DNA of 64,000 nt, from contig JBEIPA010000002.1 in NCBI GenBank assembly GCA_040377305.1, positions 1 through 64,000 of the forward strand, read 5' to 3'. The translations under genes were made by a program, and so were the position numbers. This document shows, piece after piece, positions 1 to 10,700 of this stretch. The DNA is from Flavobacteriales bacterium. GTDB lineage: Bacteria > Bacteroidota > Bacteroidia > Palsa-965. Within the stretch, counting starts at the first letter, position 1; every line of letters begins with the position of its first letter. Under the pieces are notes generated by a model. The model made no database searches and was not told where the DNA came from. It worked only from the letters and a program-made list of their open reading frames with translations.

Positions 1-60
1 CCTTCGACTCCGCTCAGTCTAACAAGTCGCACACGACCAGAAGCAATAAAAAAGCAGTGA

Positions 61-306
61 TCAGAGATCCCAGACCGTCTTCCTTCTACTCTTCCACGGC
101 TTGAAATATTCTTTGTGTTCAAGAATGAAAGCCATAAAGAAATAGATGATGATGGGCGAACCAACTGTGAAGAATGAGAGGTAGATAAAATACATACGAA
201 TCGTTGTTGGACGAATCGTGAGTTTTTTACCCCACCAGTCGCAAACTCCGAATGCACGGTTCTCGAACCAGGTTGCGATTTTGTCTACTAGTTTTATTTC
301 TCTCAT
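61..306 (-). CDS. PspC-domain small membrane protein (Bacteroidota type)
   Basis: FGVCDWWGKKLTI..TTIRMYFIYLSFFTVGSPIIIYFFMAF resembles PspC; start taken at the ATG at 306. Confidence 0.75.
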   Translation of the reverse strand: MREIKLVDKIATWFENRAFGVCDWWGKKLTIRPTTIRMYFIYLSFFTVGSPIIIYFFMAFILEHKEYFKPWKSRRKTVWDL

Positions 307-1591
307 GATTGGGTTTCCTTCTACTAAAATAGGCAAAATCGTTTTCGCACACGACATTGTTTTCATCATTTGATCCACGTTGGGGTGTTAAAAGTTCCAA
401 CAGCCCCTGACTTTGCAGGGCGTTCGTCGGTTTTCGGCCCGACTTGCGAATGGCTGCGTTGTTCTCGGGATCAATCTTACGCAGCAACTCCACTGCACTG
501 TCTTTCAGGTTTTCATCGTCGCGCTGTACCCCGAGAAAGTAGCGGATCATGGCCACTGCGTTGATGAGAATGGAATCAATTGCCTCCTCACCCATCTGCT
601 TTACATTCTTGCCCGACGGAACACCGAATCTAAAGTGTTCATCCCAATATTCCGACGCATGAACATCGAGGATGCTTCTTAATTCTTCCAACGCAATTTC
701 CGGATTCATGCATCGCACATACAAGTGTTCTTCGCGGTGCAGCAAAGATGCCAGCTGACTGATGCGTATCGTTGGAAAATTCGAAGGACGCATGCGCATG
801 AACTTCCAGGCTTGTTCGAACATGGGTTCGAGTGAATACTTATACCTGAAGTTCGTATAACGATACAACAGATCTGCCGCATAACCGTCTGTTGGAATTG
901 CCGGCAACAAGGCGGACTGTCCGAATAGAATTGATTCCAAATCCATCAGGTTGTTTCGTTGGCGACGGATAATTGTTCCGGGAACCCGATGAGCGAGCTG
1001 CTGAAACGGTTCCGAGTTTGTTCGCATTCCGAATCGTCTGAACAGGTGTCGCTGAAAAAGCGTTTCCATGTCGCCGTTAAGATGGACCAGCTCCGTTTGG
1101 AATTCGATGGCGCGCCGATACATGCGCTGCACACCAAATGATTCCAGGGATTGGAGCGTACCGAGAGTCTTCAACGTTTTTAACTCCTTCACTTTTCTCA
1201 CACCTACTTTAGTCAATTCCTTCACCTCCTCCAACAACACAGTACGCAGCAGCTCATCGGTAAGCACCAATACCGGAATCACATTTCCATGATCGTCGAA
1301 GATTTTGCAATCGTGCACACAAACCACGTGCAAGATGACATTACTGAACGCTTTGTCGGTAGTGTGCCCGTGTTTCAGCCAGTCGGAAGCGCGTACGTGC
1401 ATTTCGATGTTGCCACTCCACGTTTGTCCATCCAGCTCAATCCGTGCATCAAAGAAATCCGGTCCGCTGTCGCGATTCAAAACTCCGGGCGAGATAATCC
1501 GGAGTTCCTTACCATCTACTGTCTGCAGAGCGCGTTCTGCAAACGGATGCTTTTCCCACAGCTGAAATATTTGCTCTTCTCTTTCGATCAT
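227..1591 (-). CDS. DUF2851 family protein
   Basis: PG.LN.DSGPDFFDARI, WSGNIEMH..ASDW.KHGH, NVILHVV and WKFMRMRPSNFPTIRISQLA motifs; TATGTTTG box 4 nt before the ATG at 1591. Confidence 0.85.
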   Translation of the reverse strand: MIEREEQIFQLWEKHPFAERALQTVDGKELRIISPGVLNRDSGPDFFDARIELDGQTWSGNIEMHVRASDWLKHGHTTDKAFSNVILHVVCVHDCKIFDDHGNVIPVLVLTDELLRTVLLEEVKELTKVGVRKVKELKTLKTLGTLQSLESFGVQRMYRRAIEFQTELVHLNGDMETLFQRHLFRRFGMRTNSEPFQQLAHRVPGTIIRRQRNNLMDLESILFGQSALLPAIPTDGYAADLLYRYTNFRYKYSLEPMFEQAWKFMRMRPSNFPTIRISQLASLLHREEHLYVRCMNPEIALEELRSILDVHASEYWDEHFRFGVPSGKNVKQMGEEAIDSILINAVAMIRYFLGVQRDDENLKDSAVELLRKIDPENNAAIRKSGRKPTNALQSQGLLELLTPQRGSNDENNVVCENDFAYFSRRKPNHERNKTSRQNRNLVREPCIRSLRLVG

Positions 1592-1632
1592 GCAGCAAAC
1601 ATAAAACAGCGGGATAGCCGTTTGCAACTTTT

Positions 1633-1781
1633 AAACGTTTGTATTCGAATACAAACGTTTGTTGTCGGCTAGGCGTTTACAAACGTTTAGATGAAACGGG
1701 AGCAAACATTTTGTAACTCGCGCGTGCGCGTAACCCTGCAAGAGTTAAACGCTTGCGGGGTTACGTGCGCACGCGCGAGTT
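1633..1781. repeat. Intergenic palindromes: 28-bp perfect palindrome (1633-1660) and GC-rich hairpin (1715-1781)
   Basis: AAACGTTTGTATTC|GAATACAAACGTTT; AACTCGCGCGTGCGC...GCGCACGCGCGAGTT. Confidence 0.8.
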
Positions 1782-1830
1782 GACTCCAATTGCAGAGTTG
1801 ACTCCATCAAAATCGGCGGAACTTACTAAT

Positions 1831-2811
1831 CTACGTTTTCAGCTTACGCTTCTCCTGCCGGGATACTTTCTTCACAAAATCCTGATCCTTATTCTGCGCA
1901 GGGGATTTCTTCATCCGGAAAATAGCTTTGAAAGGATACGCCATTTGTCCTGACCACGAATCCGGAACATCATTATCAGGAATACCGAGAACAGGTTCCT
2001 TGTCTTGCGGATTGTAGAATTTGCCGAATAGTAAATCCCAAATCACCAGCGAAGACGCATAGTTTACGCCGTACTTCCCGGGAATATTTCTCGAGTGATG
2101 CCAGTAGTGCGTTTCCGGTGTGATGAAAATGTATTTGAAGAATCCCCAGTTGAGCTTGATGTTGCAGTGCGACAAAAATGTAAGTGTGTAAGCGATCCAG
2201 ACATACCAGATGATGTAGTTGCCGTCTTCTGCAACGCGGAATCCTAAAATTGTAAACGGAATCCAGAACGCTGGCTTCAGCAGCAAATACTCTCCGAAGT
2301 GAAAATGTCGGGTCGATGCAAAGCCCAATGTTTCCTGTGCATGGTGAATCTTGTGAAACTGCCAGAAGAAATTACTGCGGTGCAAAAGCAAATGTGCGAC
2401 CCATTGTAGAAAATCAATCGCGATGAAGAACACAACAAATCGTGCCCATAGCGGAAGTGCGTCGTGTAAATTGAACAACGGCGTCTCAATTCCTACTGCA
2501 TGCATCGCGCGCAGGGTGACAAACTCGAATGCAGTTGCGATAGCATACAACCCGATCACCTGAATGACATAGTCCATGAAAATCACATACCAGATGTCGG
2601 TCCAGAAACCTTTTCGACTCGTCAACGGATAATTCATTCGTTTCGGTGCGAGATACTCGAACGTAAATGTTCCAACGTAAACGACCAACAGGAAGATGAG
2701 CGGATATTGAATGCTCGGACTGCTAAACGAGTCTTTCGTGTAATTCCAATACTCCGAAAATGAATTACCTACTGCATCTGTGAATGCAAGTGTGTCGCTT
2801 GGGGTGGACAT
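1831..2811 (-). CDS. Sterol desaturase / fatty acid hydroxylase family membrane protein
   Basis: His boxes HLLLH, HKIHH, HCN, HYWHH; TM segments; start ATG 2811 follows TAAATTTG. Confidence 0.9.
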   Translation of the reverse strand: MSTPSDTLAFTDAVGNSFSEYWNYTKDSFSSPSIQYPLIFLLVVYVGTFTFEYLAPKRMNYPLTSRKGFWTDIWYVIFMDYVIQVIGLYAIATAFEFVTLRAMHAVGIETPLFNLHDALPLWARFVVFFIAIDFLQWVAHLLLHRSNFFWQFHKIHHAQETLGFASTRHFHFGEYLLLKPAFWIPFTILGFRVAEDGNYIIWYVWIAYTLTFLSHCNIKLNWGFFKYIFITPETHYWHHSRNIPGKYGVNYASSLVIWDLLFGKFYNPQDKEPVLGIPDNDVPDSWSGQMAYPFKAIFRMKKSPAQNKDQDFVKKVSRQEKRKLKT

Positions 2812-2885
2812 ACTCAAATTTACAAAAACACATCGAAACATTTGTTCGATTTCGCGTATGTTTGATTCAATTTACCACTGATTCG

Positions 2886-4247
2886 ATGGACCCTATTACG
2901 CTGCTTGTGATTTACATCCTTCTCGCGATTTTCATTGCGTGGATCTGGGTGGACTATTTCCGTCTGATCGATGTTTTCGAGAAGGAGAACCTGTTGAGAG
3001 TGGGTGTTACCTTTCTGTTAGGTGCGGGCTCAACACTGCTTGTTTTAGGCTTACACGAAATCTGGCCTGAACCTTTGTGGTTGTCGATGGACGGCACATT
3101 CGTCAACGATTTTCTCTATTGCACGTTTGGAATCGGGCTTGTGGAGGAAACAGCGAAAGCCATTCCTGTTCTGATTTCCTTTTGGCTGTTCCGCAAGCAC
3201 ATCAATGAGCCGGTTGATTATATCGCGACGTTCAGTATTGCTGCACTCGGTTTTGCTGCAGCGGAAAATGTTATTTACTTCTCTGAATACGGCGCTGGAA
3301 TAATCAGCTCGAGAGCAATCTTGTCGAACGTTGGACACATGATGTTTGCCTCACTCACTGCATACGGCGTAGTACTGGTGAAATTCAGAAACCTTCGTCC
3401 CGGATTCATCATCGTACCTCTACTCCTGCTTGCTGCTTCCGTCTTCCACGGCATTTACGATTTTGGTTTGATGTACGTTAATGCAGGATGGACCGGAACG
3501 CTGGTGACTATCCTATTCTTCTTCCTTGGTGTGTCCGCGTTTGCAACAATCCTGAACAACGCATTGAACATTTCTCCGTTCTTCACTTACAAACACGTAG
3601 TGCATTCGTCCAAGGTTGCAAAGCGAATGATTCTAAACTATGTAATCCTGTTTTCCGTTCAATGCATAGTTGTTCTCGCACTCACCGATTTCGGAACTGT
3701 GCTTGGATTAATCTTCGGTTCTGTCTGGACGATTCTTCCAATAGTTCTGATCACCGTTCTTCGTCTCAGTCGCTTCAAACTCATCCAGGGACGATGGAAC
3801 CTGGTAAAACCAGAACTTCCGTTTGGCATTTCATTCAGGAAGCCCGATAATCAGCCCGGATTTTTCATTGGTGTGAAAGGTAATCCGTACAGCGACTATC
3901 ACATGACGCAGCATTACGAGTCGTACTTGTTTCTCTGTCCGGTTGCAATCAATTCACACTACCTGCGCCAGCCACGCACGGCCTACATTTTCAGGAAGCT
4001 GTACATCAACGGAGACATCGCTCATTATGCCGCGCGTGTTTATGTAGATGATGCAATGCAGGAAACACAAACGGTGCTACTGCAATTACACCGAAGAAGT
4101 GCAGGCTTGTGGAACAATCGCCCATTGGTAGCGGTATTTCATGCGGAAAATTGTCACGAGCTCGACACAACAAATGCTCCCGTGAATGTGGCCTTCATTG
4201 AATGGGCGACGATTCAACCCGCTCCACAGCCAATAGTGCCGAACTAA
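2886..4247 (+). CDS. PrsW family intramembrane metalloprotease with C-terminal extension
   Basis: EETAK, GFAAAEN, GHMMF and FHGIYD motifs; many TM helices. Confidence 0.85.
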   Translation: MDPITLLVIYILLAIFIAWIWVDYFRLIDVFEKENLLRVGVTFLLGAGSTLLVLGLHEIWPEPLWLSMDGTFVNDFLYCTFGIGLVEETAKAIPVLISFWLFRKHINEPVDYIATFSIAALGFAAAENVIYFSEYGAGIISSRAILSNVGHMMFASLTAYGVVLVKFRNLRPGFIIVPLLLLAASVFHGIYDFGLMYVNAGWTGTLVTILFFFLGVSAFATILNNALNISPFFTYKHVVHSSKVAKRMILNYVILFSVQCIVVLALTDFGTVLGLIFGSVWTILPIVLITVLRLSRFKLIQGRWNLVKPELPFGISFRKPDNQPGFFIGVKGNPYSDYHMTQHYESYLFLCPVAINSHYLRQPRTAYIFRKLYINGDIAHYAARVYVDDAMQETQTVLLQLHRRSAGLWNNRPLVAVFHAENCHELDTTNAPVNVAFIEWATIQPAPQPIVPN

Positions 4248-4426
4248 ACGGCTATTAATTTCTGCAAGGCTTCTTCTACTGCTTCCGGAAGTTGACCAAT
4301 TCCCTTATCGGAAATCAAAACGTAATCCGGATTCGGTCTGTACTTCATCACATCCTTTGTGCGATCGTTGCAGAGAAATATTCCAATGATGGCTTGCTTA
4401 TCGATGTGCCGCTGAGAAATATCAGT
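4244..4426 (-). pseudogene. Orphan 3' fragment (60 codons plus stop) of the 158-aa gene at 23581-24057
   Basis: Translates as TDISQRHIDKQAIIGIFLCNDRTKDVMKYRPNPDYVLISDKGIGQLPEAVEEALQKLIAV*; 37/60 identical by hand alignment to the C-terminus encoded at 23581-23763; 5' part missing. Confidence 0.9.
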
Positions 4427-4868
4427 ATAGAGAGCAATGTAGAGTGTATCGCTCTTATTACTTCCTAAAGCAGAATTCGGACGTAACCTGTCTATTTCTC
4501 CGGACTTTCTAATTGCCGCGCGTTGCCCAGAACAAAATTGATGCTAAAAATGTACGCATCAGGCAAAAAAACGAATAATTGGATATAAAATGAATTTCAC
4601 GTTAAATTTTCATATACACCAATGCGATATCTGCTATACACGGATAAAATTATTGAACATATCCGCAACAAGCTATGATATTTACTATGAATCACGATAA
4701 ATAATATATACTATTGCTTTATGACATTTAATCCATAGATCGTATATTATACAATTCATGTATGGTGTCTCTTCCTGTTGTTGTAATTTGTAAATCAGGC
4801 CTTCTATTCAGAGGATCATAGGCAAATTACTGGTGCTGATTGGAGTAACTTTTCAACGCAGTAATAGT

Positions 4869-6074
4869 ATGCCTACAAAAATTCTGGTTTGGAATATTCA
4901 GAATTTTACGATCAATAAAATTGATCCGAATTTCGTGAATCATATAGTTGTTCCATCCGTGCATGGTGGATTTAGCTTCCAAACAGTTCAGTTATCGACC
5001 ATGAAGCTGGACTATATTTTGAATAATGTAATAGTAACTGATCCGGATATTTTTAGTGTTATCGAAGTGATTAGTGGGCGTGGGCCTAAAGGAAGTCTTG
5101 TGTCGAGTAAAGGTGCGCAAGGAGTGTTAGCGTTATTGAACAGTCTTCGTAAACTGAATACGAATTGGTGTTTGGTTCCACCACTCAAGCTAACGGATAA
5201 AATACAATTGTCTGAAGCAGATGATGGTCATATTGAATTGTTATCTGACGGAACTTATACAGAAGCGATTGGTGTTTTTTATCGAAAAGACCGGCTGGAT
5301 TTTGTTGGTCCGTATGTCTGGCCGGCGGCGGGCAGCAATGATAATCCGAATAAAATTGCAGACCCTCGTGATGGTACTGTGGCTGGCCCTTATCCGGATG
5401 TTTGGAGTAATTGCCTGCCTCCGGGAAATTATAATGCCGGTCAATATGAGTTTTATACAGAGGACGATCAGGAACTATTATTTCCTGCTGAAGGAAGTCG
5501 GCGACCTTTCCTTACGCAGTTTGTAGAAAGGGGTGGAAATCAGCGCACCATTTCGCTCGCATCGGTGCATTATCCTCCCAATCAATCCAGCGCCATTACT
5601 GCCTGGGCACGAACGATACGCTATTTCATCGACGACTACCCTCTGGGTGATAAGGAGGTGGTGTGTATTGCCGGAGATTTTAATATTAATTATCGTGGAG
5701 AGGATTATGTGCCGACCGATTTTTACTCGACCTACTATAATTTTCATACACTGATCAATGGAAAAAAATACTTCCCGACCATCTATCAACGTAATGCTAA
5801 TGCAACACCCTGGATATATGTTAAGAATCAAGGGCTGGATAATGCTACGGTACGTTATGGGCCTCAGGCACTAGAATTCAATCCGACCTTTGAATTTATG
5901 GATCGTGTTGAAGCGGGAAATCATCCGTCATTACTTTATAACGATCTCAATGTTATCCGCGCACTCCCCACGGTGGATGAACAAAATGAATTATTCCGAC
6001 AACCCAATAATTTCATGAAACTCGGCCCGGTTCCCGGCACGAGTGATCATATAGGTATGTTCTACACTATATAA
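4869..6074 (+). CDS. EEP (DNase I-like endonuclease/exonuclease/phosphatase) superfamily protein, paralog 1
   Basis: Ordered motifs WNIQN, DIFSVIE, SVHYP, GDFN, GLDN, SDH; no signal peptide. Confidence 0.85.
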   Translation: MPTKILVWNIQNFTINKIDPNFVNHIVVPSVHGGFSFQTVQLSTMKLDYILNNVIVTDPDIFSVIEVISGRGPKGSLVSSKGAQGVLALLNSLRKLNTNWCLVPPLKLTDKIQLSEADDGHIELLSDGTYTEAIGVFYRKDRLDFVGPYVWPAAGSNDNPNKIADPRDGTVAGPYPDVWSNCLPPGNYNAGQYEFYTEDDQELLFPAEGSRRPFLTQFVERGGNQRTISLASVHYPPNQSSAITAWARTIRYFIDDYPLGDKEVVCIAGDFNINYRGEDYVPTDFYSTYYNFHTLINGKKYFPTIYQRNANATPWIYVKNQGLDNATVRYGPQALEFNPTFEFMDRVEAGNHPSLLYNDLNVIRALPTVDEQNELFRQPNNFMKLGPVPGTSDHIGMFYTI

Positions 6075-6085
6075 GCTGAAGCAGA

Positions 6086-7309
6086 ATGTCAACAAAAATT
6101 CTTTGCTGGAATATTCAGAATTTCACGATCAATAAAATCGATTTTTCATCGGATAATAATGAATTGATCAAGATACCGACCACGGGCGAATCGTACATGT
6201 TCACCGGCAGTATTACAATAAAAAATAATTACATCCTGAATAATGTTGAAACAAGCGATCCGGATATTTTCATTGTCATCGAAGTCATCAGTGGTCGAGG
6301 TTCCAAAGGAAGTCTCGTGTCATCGAAAGGCGCTCAGGGTGCATTAACCTTGCTGGACCGCTTACGTGTAATCAATAACAACTGGTGCCTGGTACCTCCG
6401 CAAAAATTAACCAATGAAGTACAGCTTTCTGATGCCGATGGCGACGAGAATGCGGTAACCCTATTGAGTGAAGGCGGCTATACCGAAGCGATTGCCGTTT
6501 ATTACAGAAAAGACAAACTGGATTTTATTGGTCCTTTTGTTTGGCCGGATACCGCTGATAGTCCCGCTAAAACTGCCGTTGCCCCGGGAGCTGGTGTTAC
6601 ACCCGGCGCGTATCCTGATATCTTCAGTAATTGTTTGCCCGCTGGAAATTATTTTGCGGGACAAACTGTTTTTAAAACAACCGCCGATGTACCCAAAGAA
6701 ATTTACTTTCCGGCCGAAACAAGTCGCCGTCCTTTTCTCACCTGTTTCACTGAGAAAGCAGGATTGCAACGAAAATTAAGTATTGCGTCGGTACATTATC
6801 CGCCGCAAGCTCCGAATGCTAAAACAGCACTTGTACAGACCCTGAAGTACTTCACCGAGTGCTACGTCATGATTCCGAATGAGGTAAATATCATTATCGG
6901 TGATTTTAACGTGGACTATAATAATGACAACCTGAACATTTTTGGTACCGCTAAGGTGCTTTTCAATTACTATCCACTTTTTACGGATAGAAATCAGACC
7001 ACCGGAACGATCTATTACAATAAAAGATACGCTACTTATAAAAAGTATATCAAAAGTTCGGGTTTGGATAATGCGCTCCTGCGTTATGGTTCGCAAGGGG
7101 CGTATGGCATGGCACCTGTAGGTCTTGTGCTCGATCGTGTAAACGTATCCGCCTTGGGACAACTCAGTCAGATGTACAATTCGTATGCACAAATTGGTAC
7201 GCTGCCCCAGCTTCAGCAAGATGAAGTTTTTTTAAAACCATTTAACTATCCGGGATTAGGGCCTGCTCCGGGAACGAGTGATCACTTAGCTATATACGTT
7301 GAACTTTAA
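6086..7309 (+). CDS. EEP superfamily protein, paralog 2
   Basis: WNIQN, DIFIVIE, SVHYP, GDFN, GLDN, SDH; shares blocks such as EVISGRG.KGSLVSSKGAQG with paralog 1. Confidence 0.85.
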   Translation: MSTKILCWNIQNFTINKIDFSSDNNELIKIPTTGESYMFTGSITIKNNYILNNVETSDPDIFIVIEVISGRGSKGSLVSSKGAQGALTLLDRLRVINNNWCLVPPQKLTNEVQLSDADGDENAVTLLSEGGYTEAIAVYYRKDKLDFIGPFVWPDTADSPAKTAVAPGAGVTPGAYPDIFSNCLPAGNYFAGQTVFKTTADVPKEIYFPAETSRRPFLTCFTEKAGLQRKLSIASVHYPPQAPNAKTALVQTLKYFTECYVMIPNEVNIIIGDFNVDYNNDNLNIFGTAKVLFNYYPLFTDRNQTTGTIYYNKRYATYKKYIKSSGLDNALLRYGSQGAYGMAPVGLVLDRVNVSALGQLSQMYNSYAQIGTLPQLQQDEVFLKPFNYPGLGPAPGTSDHLAIYVEL

Positions 7310-7321
7310 CTGAAAAGGGCG

Positions 7322-7639
7322 ATGCCAACGAAAATACTCTGCCGGAACATCCAGAATTTCACGTATAACAAGATTGATCCTGCTACGTCAGAAATCAGCG
7401 TTGTGCAAACGGTGCCAACTTCGTTACCGGCAGTCGGTACGGGCACAGCAGCTGCGCCGATCAACCGTGTTAATGTATCGGCGTTGGGACAGGCTTCACT
7501 CATGTATAATTCACCTGCACAAATCGCGATGCTTCCTCCGTGCGAACAGGATGATGCGTTTCGCCAACCTTTCAATTTCGGAAAACTGGGGCCGGTGCCG
7601 GGAACCAGTGATCACATGGCCATTTATTTAGAATTGTGA
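7322..7639 (+). pseudogene. Mini-EEP: third paralog with an in-frame internal deletion (may still be translated)
   Basis: N-terminus MPTKILCRNIQNFTYNKID fused to C-terminus RVNVSALGQ...LGPVPGTSDHMAIYLEL; about 300 aa of the core absent. Confidence 0.75.
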
Positions 7640-7771
7640 AACAAGTATATGAAACTGCAATACATACTTCAGACAATATGGAATTTGATTCTGAAATCAT
7701 GAAATTGGTTTTTTGGAGGAAGAAAAAAAAGAACACCGGCAATTGTTACTAATGAATTAACGACGATAACC

Positions 7772-10700
7772 ATGAGTTTACAATCCATCGCAACAACATT
7801 AAACGGTCAGGCCACATCAACCGGTACGGTTACAATTAACGATGCGTTGCTGGCAACGGGTAATACTGCTTTTGCAACACTGGTGAGTACTCAGTTGCTG
7901 CGCCCGGCCGGTAATATCATGCTGAATGCATCATCCGTTCCGATTCCGCCAACATCAGCAAGCAGTTTTAGTTTTAACTGCACAATGCCCACTGCTGCAG
8001 CGAATAGTTTTCTGAACCTGAATGCGAATACCGCAACGGCAACCATTTCGCTGGTTGGTACTGTATATCAATTGCAGTTGTCGATACAACTCACATCAGG
8101 AGCAACACCCAACTGGGTGATGAGTACCAGTTTCAGTGATATGCTTGGATGGCCTTTCGATTCATTGCCGGTGACCAGTCCTCAATTTCTTTTTATTTAT
8201 GGAACAGTAAGTTTACCAGCGGGAACAGCAGAAGGCTTAAACTATTCGGCCACACCGTCACTTACAGGCATGCTCGCACCAGCTGCTGTATTTCTGACCT
8301 TATTTGGATACACCAGTCCGCCAATGACTGCTTTGACAGGATCGATATCACAAACAGCAAACGGAACTGCTTTTTTATTGCGCAGTTCGTTTACCTCGGT
8401 TACGAATCTTGATCTGGTAGCATTGACGATCAATAACCTTAACGTAAGTGCCATTTTTGGTTATACCACACCACCTTCCGGGAGCGGATTGCAACCCGAA
8501 GGTTGGGGACAAATTGTTTTAATGGCCGAAACAACATTGTCTGGTGCAAGCGATCCGATTGATGTATCCTTAGTATTACCCTATACCAATTCATCACCAT
8601 TTCTTTCGTTGGTGATTGCACCACCGCCGGGTTCATTAGCAACGAGTTTGAACAACCTGGGAGAATGGATGGCTGGCGATACATGGGATAGTTTTTTTAC
8701 GGGAACACCGGCAAGTGTATTGCTCCCATTTCTAACCACATTCGGATTACGTTCTTATACGCTTACGTTCGGATTATCAGGAACATCATTTTTACCTACA
8801 TCTGTAATGAGCTCCACTTTAAGTGTGGGAACATTAACGCCTTGGGACATCAATCCGCCCAATCTCATCATGCAGGAATTTTTTGTGACCTGGCAATTGA
8901 TCGATCCGTTTGGTGCCGCATTCAGTGCCATTTCGATTAACGGCGAACTGGATATGTTTAATGGTGGTGCCAATGAAGTAAAATTTACCGGTTCAATTCT
9001 ACTTCCGGAATTACAGCTCTCCCTGGCATTAGCTTCCGAAAAACAGATGACAGCGGCAGATTGGCTGACCACTATTGTTGTTGCTTTTGGCGGATCAACA
9101 CCTCCCACTTATATTCTCGATGCGTTAAGTGGTTTCAGTCTGGAAACCATCGTCTTCAGCATGGATGTGCCGAATGAAGATTTTACATATCAGATGGCGG
9201 GTGGATTTTTAGTAGGTGATAATAATGTTGATTTCAGTTTATACGTGCATATCAATATTAAAACCACATTTACATACGATCTGAAAACCGAATTTAATTT
9301 CGCCAGCGTAGCTGTAATGGGCGAAATAAAAAATGACAGCAGTACTAATAATCAAACGGTAATCACCGGAACCTGGCGCGATGCGACGAACCCTCTTCAA
9401 TTAAATAATATTGCTATATCCTTAGGTTTTGGTGATCTGGGTATTCCGCCCGCATTGGACATGGCCCTGAAATTTGTCGGGCTGACCTATAATCTTGATA
9501 CATCCACATTCATTATCGGAGCGGAGTCGTTGAACTATGGCAATGCCGATCTGGTTGTTTTTAAACCGGCTGGTGCTCCGAAATTTATTTTCTTCGGCGG
9601 CCTCGTTGTTGACAAGCCGATTGATCTTACCAATTTGCCTTTAGTGGGTCAGGCCCTGGCGAAATTGCAAACCGTCGAAATCCGCGACCTGCAAATCCAG
9701 ATTACATCTGATGTAATTACGCCCGCACAAGCAACAACATTGAACGCGCTGATTACTGCACTCGACCCTTCATTGCCGGTTATTCCTGCTCAGGGTATGG
9801 CGTCGACGGTCAACATCTCGATGAATTTTGATATTGCCGGATTCATCATTCCGATCGGAACCGGTCTCGGCGGGCAAAGCGCTTCAGCGGGCATGCCTCC
9901 GAATAAAAGTTCTGTGCAAGGAACTCCTTCAGGAAATACAAACGCACCTGTTCCTTCAAGTCCCGGATCGCAGTCCGACGGTACATCCTGGTTCAATTTA
10001 CAGAAGGCCGTTGGTCCGGTCATGTTTCGCCGCATCGGTATCCGATATAAAGATTCTGTCTTGTGGTTTGTTCTCGATGCCTCCTTCAGTGCCGGCGGTC
10101 TCACAATCGATTTACTCGGTGCAGGAATCGGTTCACCTCTTACCACATTCGAACCGCAGTTCACCGTTGATGGATTAGGTCTTGATTTTTCAGAACCCGG
10201 ATTCGAACTCGGTGGTACATTCATGAAAGTTCCGCCATCAGCCGGTGTTGATTGGGAATACGCCGGTGGAGCCGTAATCAAAGCCGGTAATTTTGCGATC
10301 TCTGCTTACGGAAGTTATGCGAGCATGGACGGCACACCATCCATGTTTGTATTTGGGCAGGTAACCGGAACGTTCGGTGGACCACCAGTGTTTTTTGTAA
10401 CTGGTTTCGCAGGTGGATTTGGTTACAATTCAAGTTTACGTTTGCCGGCTGTAAATGAAATTTATCAATTCCCTTTAGTTGGCGGCGCACAAAATCCTGC
10501 CGTAATCGGAGGTAGTTCACCGAAACCTGCAGAAGTGCTCGCAATCCTGCTTGGGCTTAACGGCGGCACAGCATGGGTTACACACGAGATTGGTCAATAC
10601 TGGTTTGCAGCCGGAATTCAATTTACAACGTATTCAATTGTCAATACGAATGCATTGCTCGTTATCGAATTTGGCAAGCGTTTGCAATTCGCATTACTCG

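Noticed and set aside
1-25. CTTCGACTCCGCTCAG REP-like half site
   Set aside because: Truncated by the window edge, so the partner arm cannot be seen.
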